Assembly (NCBI RefSeq): GCF_902652985.1
Contig: NC_047017.1
Coordinates: 39,370,001 to 39,434,000 of the forward strand
Direction: 5' to 3'
DNA: 64,000 bases
Source of the DNA: Pecten maximus
Lineage: Eukaryota
The notes under the pieces are model-generated. The model did not search any database and had not been told where the DNA came from. It was given only the letters and a program-made list of their open reading frames with translations. A program made the translations under genes and the position numbers. Below, piece by piece: positions 42,901-52,505 of the stretch; position 1 is the stretch's first letter, and every line of letters starts with the position of its first letter.

Positions 42901-45900
42901 ATCGTACCGCAGATTACCGTTGCAGCACTACCTTACACAATAGATAATTAAACTTAACTCTTAAATGTTCTCACAATCTGCACACGATTATTGTAGATAA
43001 TTGATATAAGGGTAAGATTTGAGAGATCATACAAAAAGAGCAACAGTAATCTAACTTCATGAATACATTCTGCTCTCCCTAACACCTTGTGTGATATTTT
43101 TGTTTCGTCATAAATCTTAGTGATGAAACAGATTATGTCATGTGACAGTTATGTTTTGTCATGTGACACGTCCAGATAATGTAACATGTTGGGTCATATG
43201 ACATGATTAAGTAATAGGTTCACTTACCGTGAGGATATCCCACAAGTCCTCTGTTCTAGCGTTGCCATACTTGTATGTGTTGAGATATTTTCTTATTCCA
43301 TCTTGAAACTTTTCCTTGCCCATAAAGTCACTCAGCATACGGATTAAGGATGCTCCCTAGATAAAACATTTTAAGTATAGAATTTACACACAGAATATGA
43401 TTAGCAAACATGTGGTGCAGAATACATCATGTGCAACATAATCATGATGCAGCAGGGTTTGCACTGGGCATTTCATAAATAGGCTCCTTTTCAGATAAAA
43501 TGGGGGTCCCTGTGAATACTTTGAATGGAGCTTCCAGAAAAAAATGGGGTCCTTTCAATTTTCTATGCTTCAAAAGGCTATGGGGATGGCTTCAATGCGA
43601 ACCCTGTGCAGGTTACCTTGCTGTAGGAGATGGCATCGAAAAGTTCATCAATCTCAGCAGGGTCCTTCACATCTACTGTGATAGGGTGTGAACTCTGGAC
43701 ACAGTCTCTGGACATCGCTCTCATCAGGTCACTCAACACAAACTGATCCATCTACAAACAAACCAGTTAATCATATCTTTACCTAAAACATACATGACTA
43801 ATAAATTCAAATTACATTAGGTAAGATGTGCTGTACAACAGACTTGTAATCAACTACCTGTTTTTCTGTCTGTCCTATTGTACCTACCATAGAGAAGGAG
43901 GGGTCAGTTTCATTTGCCCCCAAATACTCTACAAAAGATGCAAAACCTTCATTCAACCAAAGGTCATTCCACCACTTCAAGGTCACCAAATTACCGAACC
44001 ACTGAAAAAAACATGCAATAGGTAAGTACATTGGAAAATATATTATGTACACTTATATGTCTATTGTATATTTTTCTATATTTGTAAATGTAGATTCTAA
44101 TTCTATTTAAACTAACATAATTGTATTTTGTTCATTACAGAAAACATAGCCAAATAGATGGAACAGTAATTTTAAAAGTTGTCCAGATGCCGTACTGGTA
44201 ACAACTATGATGTCATAATGTCAAAATGGTCACACAATGGAATATACAGTATGACAAATACCACAGATTTTTCTATGGTTCGCATATATAAAATGTTATA
44301 CTAAAGTAAATAGATTAATATAGTGTGAGAGGATGTTTACCTGGTGTGCTAGTTCATGGGCAATCACTATGGCAACATACTGTCGGTCACGAGCAGACGA
44401 CACTTCTGGGTCATATAAAATTGTGGTCAGACGATATGTGATCAGACCCCAATTCTCCATAGCACCAGCAGCAAAATCGGGAATAGCCACAAGATCTATG
44501 ACAAAGATAGCAAATCCTTCTAATTAGCATTGTAATACAAGCAAAATTGGAACAGATATTATAATCCTAAATAAAAGTAAAAAGTTTGATGAAAACAAGC
44601 AGCTTCTAGAGCACTGAACATAGAACATAGATTACTAAAGGTAATGGTGATCTTGACCTTGACCTTACATCTCTGAAATCGGATTTTGTCTGATGTATTA
44701 TGGTCCTTTTTGAGTGTGTTATGTTTACTCAGAATCACTCCTTTATCATGGTTCATGCAGACTGCGAGTCATTAAATTCAAAGACTTTTCTAGGACTTTT
44801 CAGGGGTGTCCTGGGCAGAGTGAAACAGAAATGTAAGCTTAGGTTTGTTTGAATCAAATCTTGACCTTCCCCATTAACAACCAGGGTCATTGCCAGCGAA
44901 CATGATAGTCCTTGACCTTTGAACTCAAATGACCTTGACTTTTGAACCCAAATGATCTTGACCTTTGACCCAATGACCTTCATATTTGGTCAGCTGATTA
45001 CTCCTTTATTTCAAACCAACTTTGTTTTATCATGTCATAATAAACTCACTTTGTAATTCTCACCAAGTTTCCTTCATCATGTCATAAAATGCTCATCAGT
45101 ATAAAAGATGCAAAATTTTATCTTCACCTTTGGAATTAATTACCTTGATCATGAAATTGACGGACACTGTGAGTACTATAGGGCACCTACAGTAGGGGCA
45201 CTAAAAATGAATATAGAAACTAATCTTGGTGATTTGAATAACCCACCATCTGTAGATGGTGGACTAATAACATTGTATCACTGGACAAATCTAATTCTGT
45301 TGATAGGTTCATTTTCCAGAGATGGTTTTGACATTTTCAGTAATGGTGACATTGACATCTGGCCCCCAGTAAAACAATCATGAGCAACACTAAAGAGTTC
45401 TAGAAGGTAGTGAGTGAAGTTTGAGTTTGATCCACTAGATCTACTAGCTACTAAATGGAAATGGTGATCTCAATAGATGGAATGATGGACAGGATTACAA
45501 TTTGAACAGTTAGTTAGAGGTTCAGATAAGTTAACAAATACGTACCCATGGTATGTCATAGCCTAGAATTTATATACTATAATGATTTCAAAATCAATAT
45601 ACACTGTATATGTTAAATGATAATCAAATATATTGACACTTTCATTTGTAATTATGTAGGGCCCAAAATAGTATATACTTACCCTGTTTAGGTAGAGGGT
45701 AGTTGATACCAAACAGTTTGTTGTAGAAGTTGAGAACTTTGATGGCTGTGTCCAAGGCAAAGTTTGCTTGGTTAATCTGGTGGGGTGGCGCATACACACT
45801 CACCTTAATTGGGAAAAACAAAGTCATAAGACTCATCAATCTAGAGCACAGTTAATCTTAACTTTACATGTTTAATAGATGATGGTCTTAGCCTCTCTGT

Positions 45901-48900
45901 AGTAATCATAATTTGCAGATAAATCATTTCCAAGTAAAAGATTATTTTCTACCATATATTTCAGAAGCAATAAACTAACATTATGCACATTTCATGAAAA
46001 AAAAGACAGGAAAACCTGATTTTCTATTTCAAGCATGTTTATACGAATTTCAACTTGATATTTGTCACAATACTTTCTTGTATCATTATCTGTGATTCCA
46101 TTTAATCCTTTTTTATAAAACACAGATATCTTGGGAACATGTTTAAGATGTCAGTATATGTGGAAACACATTACCTTTGTGCCTTGTTCAGTGGTCCCAT
46201 TTACCCTATCATAGTCACACACAATGAAGGCTACGAGGTAGGTACTCATGGCAACGCTCTGCTGGAACTTGTCAACAATGAGACCCATGGACTTATCATA
46301 TGGGGTTGAAGTAAGACGTGGCATGTTGGACAGCGAGATCTTATTCTGGTCACGAACGAGGGACATGGTGAACTTAGCTTTCATGTCTGGTTCATCAAAG
46401 CAGGGAAATGCCTCTCTTGCACCTGTTGACTCAAACTGGGTTGTGCCGAGATACCTACCAAAACAATAGTAGAGTACTTTGTTATAACAACTACGGAGAG
46501 GTTTATAACTCAGTGGAAATCTGTGAAGCAGAGGAAAATATTAGGACTCAAATCTGCTGGGCTATCTTTTACCATGTTATGACTTCTGCCATGCAGGTTA
46601 TACAATTAGTCTTCCATTACAGTGCCATGAAATATCAATATAAGGCCTCATTTTCAATCTCTTAGCAACAACAATTTAAGTCACATTTCTTTTAAATTAA
46701 AATTCTATCATCAATAAATGACTATAGCTACAGTAACTGTATAAATACATAACAGTCAAGACATTACTGGACACATAGTCATACAGGCAGAATGAAGTTA
46801 TTACTTAATAATAAAGTTATAATTGTGTTCAGGCCTTGGAAAGATATCAAAGGTACAGGGACTGTACCGAAATGATAACCTCACAGAAACTCTTACTTCA
46901 CTTCTCCTTCTGGTGTCTTGTAGCTACTGAGGTAAAACCCTGATAGTTTTTTCACCAACATGCCATCAAAGTTCAAAGTCACTGTAACTTCAGTTTCCTC
47001 CATTAGCGTTTCAGCCATCATAAGAACATACATCTGAAGCTTTTCACATTTCAGCTGCATTTTTACATCACATTTTCGCAGCAGACCTCCATCTTTATGC
47101 TGAATCTGCACAGTGACGTTTGTTATGGTCAAATCTTTCACATGAAAAATTATCATCTCTGTCTTTTTCATAACCACTGCCTTGATCCGGACACTACCTT
47201 TGAACGTTTTCCTTTCTGTGAGAAAATCAGGATGAATCATCACATCATACTCTAAAGGGATGACAGACCTAGGCAGTCTAATCTGTTGCCATGGAAACAC
47301 TTCTCCATCTGTTGCCAAGTACTTTGTTTCGTTAGGTTTAGGGGAAACCTGGGGCTGATCAGTTGTTGGTGCGGCATGAGGCTGGAAACATGGTTGAGGA
47401 GGCTGGGATCCAGGCCTCGCAAATGCTGCAATGAGTGTGATCACTAGAATGAAGATCGCAATGCAGACAACAATTGCTGTAGCTCGACCCTTCCCCAAAA
47501 CAAGTTGGCGACACTTTTGTTTAACAGATGGCTCATACACAGCTTTCCGGTGTAGACTATCACCTGCAACACATAATCATTCAAACTCATCAAGTCATTT
47601 AACAGAATTAAGGAAGAAATTATGTAACAGAAGTCCTTAAAAATAATATCTCTTTCAATGGTGTAGAAATAAATGAGATCCAGAACCTCTGACTTTCTAG
47701 ACTAATGCTCTACCAAATGTGCTGAACAGAAATTCTCCCTGGACAAGTCAGCAGGAAGCAGATAGTATTTACCAGGGTTACATATAAACAAACTCATCCA
47801 CAAGTTTTTTCATGAGTAACAGAGATGTGCGTGGAGTAATGCCGAGTATTTGCCCATAGAGGTCCATGAATCATATTTACTCTCAAGATCACATGATCTC
47901 TATTATCCCTGAAAAATCAAGGACAATGTCTTTCCTGGAGAAAGAGTATGCAACCCTGGTAAATACTTACCACTTTATACTGATCAGCTAGAGAGAACTT
48001 CTCTGTAGCTTAATTGTAAAACTTATAAGCAAGAGGTCTCAGGTTCAATACCTAGCAGAGGTATTGAAATAAATATGACTATTAATTACGTACCTCTCTT
48101 TCAATCTACTATATATATATTATGTAAAAATTAATCACTCTCTTCTTAGCCTGAATGGCAGCATGCAACAGTTCTAGTATGGAGGAGGCGACACACAACA
48201 CAAGGTCAGATTGTAGCTGAATAAGGCCCATACAAATGTAACAGAATTCAAGAAATACAGATGTACAATGTACAGATCCTAGTAAAAGCTTTTTTTTTTA
48301 AATATGTGCATTTGATGCAATAACGTTTTAATGTAGTTAAGGCCAAATAAAAGTCACGTTTTTGTTACATGTAAAGTTTAGGATATAATACATGGTAGGG
48401 AAATAAATAATTGGTAGGCGATATTTTCCAGGTATTGAAATTATCTTAATAACTTTTATAGAAAGGTGATTATGATATTTTTAATAGTGCATCTTAGAAA
48501 GTTGCAATAAAAAGGGAATGCATGAAAACCAGATGGCCAATGGTCGTCCTGTATTGTACATCAGAACACTTCGATGAAACTTGACATCACATGCTACTGG
48601 TACGATATCATTTGAACAAATATCGTAGAATTTCATCCTACTGGTCCATTGTCGTGAATTTGAGATCCTTACTTACCTTTAGGAGAAAAAAAAACAACAT
48701 TTTTTAATAGAAAAAATCATCAACCCCAGAAAATTTCTGAATGCTGTCCCCACCATTTTTGAGGGAGGATCATGTTTTCTTGAAATTTTGTTTTATTAGT
48801 TTTTCTGGGGTTTTTTTTTCAAAGCGGTGCAAATTCAGAAAGTGTACATGTATTTCAATAATCATTTACAAAGTTAGCAAATTCTAGCTGTTTTGGTTGG

Positions 48901-50253
48901 ATATCGATAAGGCTGTTGATGATTTTATACAGCATCACATGCTACACCCTGTTCTTGACCGTGGATAGAGTAGGTCATGACCAAGTGATCCCTCTTCTTG
49001 CAATTGGTTATCCAGATGACAGCACATTTCTCTCGGTTGAAGCTCATGATCATTTGCCATCTATCCAGCCGGTCTCATTCCTGTTGTCTGTCCAGACCTT
49101 GTTGTAGTTGTTCAGAGTCATCACAAGTTAAAAGACATGTAACTCATGAGCAGTCATTGGAGAACATGTGTGGAATGGATGTTACACAATAGGGGAGATA
49201 ATTGATGAAGACCAGGAATAGTAGAGGTCCGAGGACAGTCCTTGAGGGACTCCTGATGTTACTAAAGATGTTGTTGGCTCTCAAGGACAACTTTCTAAGT
49301 ACAGTTGGATTGGAAGCTTTCAATCCACTTGAGAATGTTTCCTCAGACAACATAGTGGTGGAATTTGCACAGAATTCTTTGGTGCAGGACCATGTCAAAT
49401 GCCTTATTTCATATCACCACGAGAACTAAATGATCTGCCTCTTATTATGTTTTCTTAATTTCAGCCATGCATATATTAATTGAAACAATAAATATAAATG
49501 TACTATATATGAAATTATATTTGGCTGCTTGGATATAAAGGAAAATTAAGAAATATCTTTACTATTAACGTTAAAAGTACAGAAGTATCCAACTTCGCCA
49601 GCTATGCTCATGTACCGAAAGTGACGAAACCTCTGGGTGCAGAAAAGTTAAAAGACTTAGTAGAACGTCGGACTGGTCAATAATCAACAACCAGATAGCT
49701 TGACTGGTAGAGCATCTACATTAGAGCTAATGTTCTGAGGCCCGTATTTGAACCCCAGTCTGGCTGCTGCATTTTCTCCTGTTACAAAATTTGCGAGCTT
49801 GTCAACCCTTGTTTAAAGCATTGGGAGTACACTTAAATATAGTGAGGGGATATTCGAACTTGTGGTGTTCGGAGGCAAAGACTTGAAAAAAGGAGGGAGG
49901 AATCTAGCGGAACTGGACTGGGTCGACCATCTGTGACCAGGTAGCTCAATTGGTAGAGCATCCGGCTAGTGTTCGGAGGTCCCGGGTTGGAACCCCGGTC
50001 TGGCAGCTATATTTTCTCCTGTTACAATAGAGTCTTGTGCAGAAATATCGTTTATAATTAACTGATTTAATATTCTCTATAAATATTTAATATCTGTCAA
50101 GTTGGGGAAAGCACAACCAGCAATATGCATTGAACAATATACTTAAAATATAGTAACATTCATGATTTGGACCTATTTATCATGTCAGTAGTGCTATAAA
50201 CAAACAAAATACAAACCTGGCAGAAACGATACATCTTCCACATCATCCGACAT
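24793..50253 (-). CDS. M1-family zinc aminopeptidase, type II membrane (ERAP/LNPEP/glutamyl aminopeptidase-like); 19 exons, ~988 aa if the exon-14 frameshift is corrected
   Basis: All introns are GT-AG and phases are continuous except at exon 14. Features: N-terminal cytosolic tail plus TM helix ([21 protein letters not shown]), [56 protein letters not shown] (HExxH-x18-E), [11 protein letters not shown], and an ERAP1_C-like C-terminus. Exact paralogue cannot be assigned by eye. Confidence 0.95.
25006..25100 (+). mobile_element. degenerate tRNA-derived SINE fragment
   Basis: GGAGGCACTGTGGTCTAGTGGTAGG A-box head followed by CORE-like GTTGTATCCTTGAACATGATACTT. Confidence 0.5.
25803..26233. repeat. 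47-49-bp tandem repeat x~9
   Basis: TTTTACTGGCATTCTAAAGTTCTAGGAATGTCATCACGTGTACCAGA. Confidence 0.95.
26638..26719 (-). CDS. aminopeptidase exon 18
   Basis: [27 protein letters not shown]; 82 nt. Confidence 0.93.
26745..27007. repeat. 27-29-bp tandem repeat x~9
   Basis: ACAGGTAATCTGGGTCATACAAAAACAT. Confidence 0.95.
27247..27387 (-). CDS. aminopeptidase exon 17
   Basis: IRHQD...[13 protein letters not shown]; 141 nt. Confidence 0.95.
27565..27732 (-). CDS. aminopeptidase exon 16
   Basis: [26 protein letters not shown]...[10 protein letters not shown]; 168 nt. Confidence 0.95.
27760..31370. repeat. 38-bp minisatellite, ~95 copies (intron 15)
   Basis: GGTCCCACTCTACAACAGGACATGTCTGGTATAAACTA. 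Confidence 0.98.
32822..32926 (-). CDS. aminopeptidase exon 15
   Basis: [15 protein letters not shown]...FENWM; 105 nt, phase 2-2. Confidence 0.9.
32970..35735. repeat. 20-bp minisatellite, ~138 copies (intron 14)
   Basis: CCCATGTCCTGTCACTCTGA. Confidence 0.98.
35920..36415. repeat. 19-bp minisatellite with two alternating variants, ~26 copies
   Basis: GACCCAGGAACATCACATA / GACCCAGGGGAATCACATA. Confidence 0.95.
36773..36847 (-). CDS. aminopeptidase exon 14 (one extra base: 75 nt where 74 is needed)
   Basis: ttgcag|AAATAC...GACAA|gtaagt; the conserved [20 protein letters not shown] reads in a frame shifted relative to the exon start. Confidence 0.85.
37387..37534 (-). CDS. aminopeptidase exon 13
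   Basis: [21 protein letters not shown]; 148 nt. Confidence 0.93.
38030..38085 (-). CDS. aminopeptidase exon 12
   Basis: [19 protein letters not shown]; 56 nt. Confidence 0.93.
38302..38678. mobile_element. MITE with TACTGTAAAGTGCT-type terminal inverted repeats
   Basis: Left TACTGTAAAGTGCT and right AGCACTTTACTGTA/ACAGTA; subterminal TTTCG/GCGAAAA motifs. A related right end lies at ~32430-32494. Confidence 0.65.
38864..38994 (-). CDS. aminopeptidase exon 11
   Basis: [28 protein letters not shown]; 131 nt. Confidence 0.95.
39911..39999 (-). CDS. aminopeptidase exon 10
   Basis: YKWNIPFRY...; 89 nt, phase 2 to 1. Confidence 0.9.
40005..41382. repeat. 45-bp minisatellite, ~30 copies (intron 9)
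   Basis: ACACACATACAGTGTTATCAAACAGTTAACTTAGTAGTTAGTAAA. Confidence 0.97.
41578..41744 (-). CDS. aminopeptidase exon 9
   Basis: [13 protein letters not shown]...TQERFLL...SPF; 167 nt. Confidence 0.95.
41823..42930. mobile_element. non-autonomous hAT-type DNA transposon
   Basis: TAGTGCT...AGCACTA termini; exact 8-bp TSD CCTTACAC at 41815-41822 and 42931-42938; subterminal CGGTAC/GATACG-like repeats. Confidence 0.85.
43228..43356 (-). CDS. aminopeptidase exon 8
   Basis: GASLIRML...[16 protein letters not shown]; 129 nt. Confidence 0.95.
43453..43606. mobile_element. 154-bp MITE, 10 nt from the exon 7 donor
   Basis: CAGGGTTTGCA...TGCGAACCCTG inverted termini, flanked by TGCAG on both sides. 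Confidence 0.55.
43617..43751 (-). CDS. aminopeptidase exon 7
   Basis: MDQFVLSDL...[26 protein letters not shown]; 135 nt. Confidence 0.95.
43888..44001 (-). CDS. aminopeptidase exon 6 (third Zn ligand)
   Basis: [26 protein letters not shown]; 114 nt. Confidence 0.97.
44341..44495 (-). CDS. aminopeptidase exon 5 (GAMEN, HELAH)
   Basis: [22 protein letters not shown]...IAHELAHQ; 155 nt. Confidence 0.97.
44610..45205. mobile_element. HINE-like element with TGACCTT-rich internal repeats
   Basis: Clustered TTGACCTTTGA motifs and a CTATAGGGCACC...GGGGCACTAAAAA end; boundaries approximate. Confidence 0.45.
45683..45803 (-). CDS. aminopeptidase exon 4
   Basis: VSVYAPPHQ...[10 protein letters not shown]; 121 nt. 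Confidence 0.95.
46175..46454 (-). CDS. aminopeptidase exon 3
   Basis: [26 protein letters not shown]...[13 protein letters not shown]; GT-AG bounded, 280 nt. Confidence 0.95.
46897..47563 (-). CDS. aminopeptidase exon 2 (TM anchor, stalk, domain I)
   Basis: ttgcag|GT acceptor, AA|gtaaga donor; contains [17 protein letters not shown] and LSGFYLSSY. Confidence 0.95.
47645..48065. mobile_element. degenerate foldback element with inverted arms containing tRNA-like sequence
   Basis: AGTATTTACCAGGGTTACATA (~47764-47784) is the reverse complement of TATGCAACCCTGGTAAATACT (~47947-47967); each arm continues outward into A-box/B-box-like sequence. Confidence 0.5.
48890..49425 (-). mobile_element. 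degenerate CR1/L2-type LINE reverse transcriptase fragment
   Basis: [42 protein letters not shown] (FADD-equivalent), [14 protein letters not shown]; frameshifted. Confidence 0.85.
49659..50026 (+). mobile_element. TRIM-like non-autonomous LTR element with tRNA-derived terminal direct repeats
   Basis: Direct repeats ~49659-49786 and 49903-50026, both ending ATTTTCTCCTGTTACA and containing tRNA A/B-box sequence; polypurine tract GAAAAAAGGAGGGAGGAA at 49885-49902; ~115-bp internal region. Confidence 0.7.
49935..50006 (+). pseudogene. tRNA-like (Thr-AGT-like) sequence inside the terminal repeat
   Basis: GGTAGCTCAATTGGTAGAGCA A-box/D-arm; TCCGG-CTAGTGT-TCGGA anticodon arm; GGTTGGAACCC (B-box with a C-to-G change); imperfect acceptor stem. 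Confidence 0.65.
50217..50253 (-). CDS. aminopeptidase exon 1 ([12 protein letters not shown])
   Basis: ATG at 50253; 37 nt; donor G|gtttgt; phase 1 joins exon 2 in frame. Confidence 0.8.
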
Positions 50254-50800
50254 ATTCGCTAGCTCAACAATTTTGTCGTTATGTAGAAAGCTAGTCAGTA
50301 TTTTCGTTCCAATCTGTTCTCTAACAGGATGCGTAGAGGTGAACGATTAATTAAGTAGTGCCTTTACCACAGTGCGGCTACATAATGCCCTCGGGTGGCG
50401 TTTTTACGATGAAGCGAGCTTTTAATATATGTGTTTACATCTGCAGATTCAGCTTCCGGTAAACCCGGTGCATTCGTTTCGTGAATCAGGGACTTTCTAA
50501 AGGAGTTTGGATTCGTTTCTTGAATCTCTGACAAATTGTATCTAATGAAGTTCCGACGATGCCTTTATTTCATTGATGTGCAGTTGAATTAAATTAATCG
50601 TATTAAGTATTTAAATTTACAATATTACATACATAATAAAACATCTAATATTATATATCAAATTCCGGATTCTAGTTGGGTACGAAAAACTTTTAGAACA
50701 TTTATTTAAATCCATGCCACCAGAGGGCGCTAAAAAGGCGGGCAGCTCAAACTCCAAAACAACAGCCCGATGTAGTCTTGGCATTTGAAGGTATTTTTAA
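50254..50800. promoter_or_regulatory. putative bidirectional promoter with ETS-like and CTCF-like sites
   Basis: CpG-richer patch between divergent genes; CTTCCGGT (ETS/GABP-like) at 50453-50460; TGCCACCAGAGGGCGCTA (CTCF-like) at 50715-50732; possible non-coding KNL1 exon donor AAG|gtattt at 50790. Confidence 0.55.
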
Positions 50801-52482
50801 AGCTGTTTTAGACAGTTTGACATCATTCACTAATCACAAGAAAAATATGTATGTGAAATAGCCGCTTCTGCATACAGCCATAACCAGACATCATGTTAGT
50901 TGGCTCCATCCTTTGGGCTCGCAGGGGCATCTACATTCATGTACTGTCACTATTATAAGAATTAAAATTACTGTTCCTGCTAACGTCAGAACCGTTCGTA
51001 TTACTGTTTGATACAGTAGACTAGTGCATATTATCTCTACCTTATAGTAATTTCTTGCCATTCATATCATATCAGTGTGAGACATGTTTTTTTAAAGACA
51101 TTTCCCTGCCCCTATCGGTTTCCTTGTGTCCCTAGCTAGACTCTTGACAATGAAACTGAAAGGGTGAAACAATAAGCATACTTAATGTTTCCGACAATAC
51201 TGCAGTTCAACCGGCGAGAAATTTTGACAGGCGTCCCAGATCCCCTAATGCATTCTAAATGCAATCAGACTGACTAAGGTCTCATATATATCAAAGGTCC
51301 TATATGTTCTCGTCCTATTCATGATATTTGCATCCTCACTTTTTTGTTGTTGACAATGACCATATCATGCCATTATCTTCAACTTGTTGAAGTTGGTCTA
51401 CAATTTAGAAATATATGTGGTTATCATTCTCTTCAGTGTTCAGGGACTCTGGCTCCGTCGACATTGACGATTATATATGTCCTTGGGGGTCCTGACATAG
51501 AGGTGTAAAAAAGGATTTATTTACGGTGATATTTTTGTGTGTGCATGTATAAAGGCAATAACAAGCATATATATATGTTAAAGTGTGTGATGATGGCTTC
51601 AAAGGCTGCGAGTAAGCATTACACTTTGAATACTAAGTATCTGTCTCTAAAGACAATAAAAGGTAAAAAATACTATATAGCTTGTAATTATACCATAAAT
51701 ATGCTATACATTACTTAAACACATATATATTAAACACAAACGACTGAGACGAAGACCTATATATTAAAGAGATATCAATCAATTGGAAGAAAAATAGACA
51801 ATAAATATGAAACAAATAAATAAGTAGTTTGGAATAAATAAATAATAATCTTTATAAGTAATTTATATCAGCATAGATGTAGAAATATAATTCCTTAAAC
51901 TTACTCCGTGTATGGCACAAAGGACATAATTTACTCCTTGGAAAAAAATTGATGTCTGCCTGGTTCAAATCCAAATAAGAAGTATGAAAAGGAAGAAAGA
52001 ATTAGACAGCGCACATTATGTAAAGGGCTCATTTTCTAAAGCTTTAAGCTTTTAAGGCTGTTCCTGGATCATGCTGGAAAGGGAAATGACTGATGAATGT
52101 CAATTGATGCTTAAATGTGTGGCTGTACGTACTACAAAGAGCAAAAAGTAGGCTCAAAGTGTTGTAGAACCTTTTATCATAATTACTATCCAACCTCAAG
52201 CATAATGTCGGGTGATAGAACAACAGGTGCATGGTCATTTAATTAACTTAAATTAACATGATGCAAATATTCTGGCTTTCGATTTTCTAAAACTGTAGCC
52301 TTTTCTAGCTACAACCTACATGTATCCTAAAAAAAGGAGTTGTGGACTACAAGGTTCATCAATGAGACCGGGCAAATTATTTCTAAGGCCACAATTCGCT
52401 GCCAAAAAACTTTGGGAAATTTCTTTTTTTTTTTGTCATCAAGATGGAAATGAATGAAGGTTTTTAATTTTTTTTTCCAGAA

Positions 52483-52505
52483 ATGATGGAGGAAGAAACA
52501 GAAAG
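52483..52505 (+). CDS. KNL1: KNL1 first coding exon (MMEEETE)
   Basis: ttttttccag|AAATGATG...GAAAG|gtaaga; phase 2 matches the next exon. Confidence 0.65.

Noticed and set aside
49935-50006. Functional tRNA-Thr gene
   Set aside because: T-loop GGTTGGA instead of GGTTCGA, imperfect acceptor stem, and embedded in a duplicated terminal repeat
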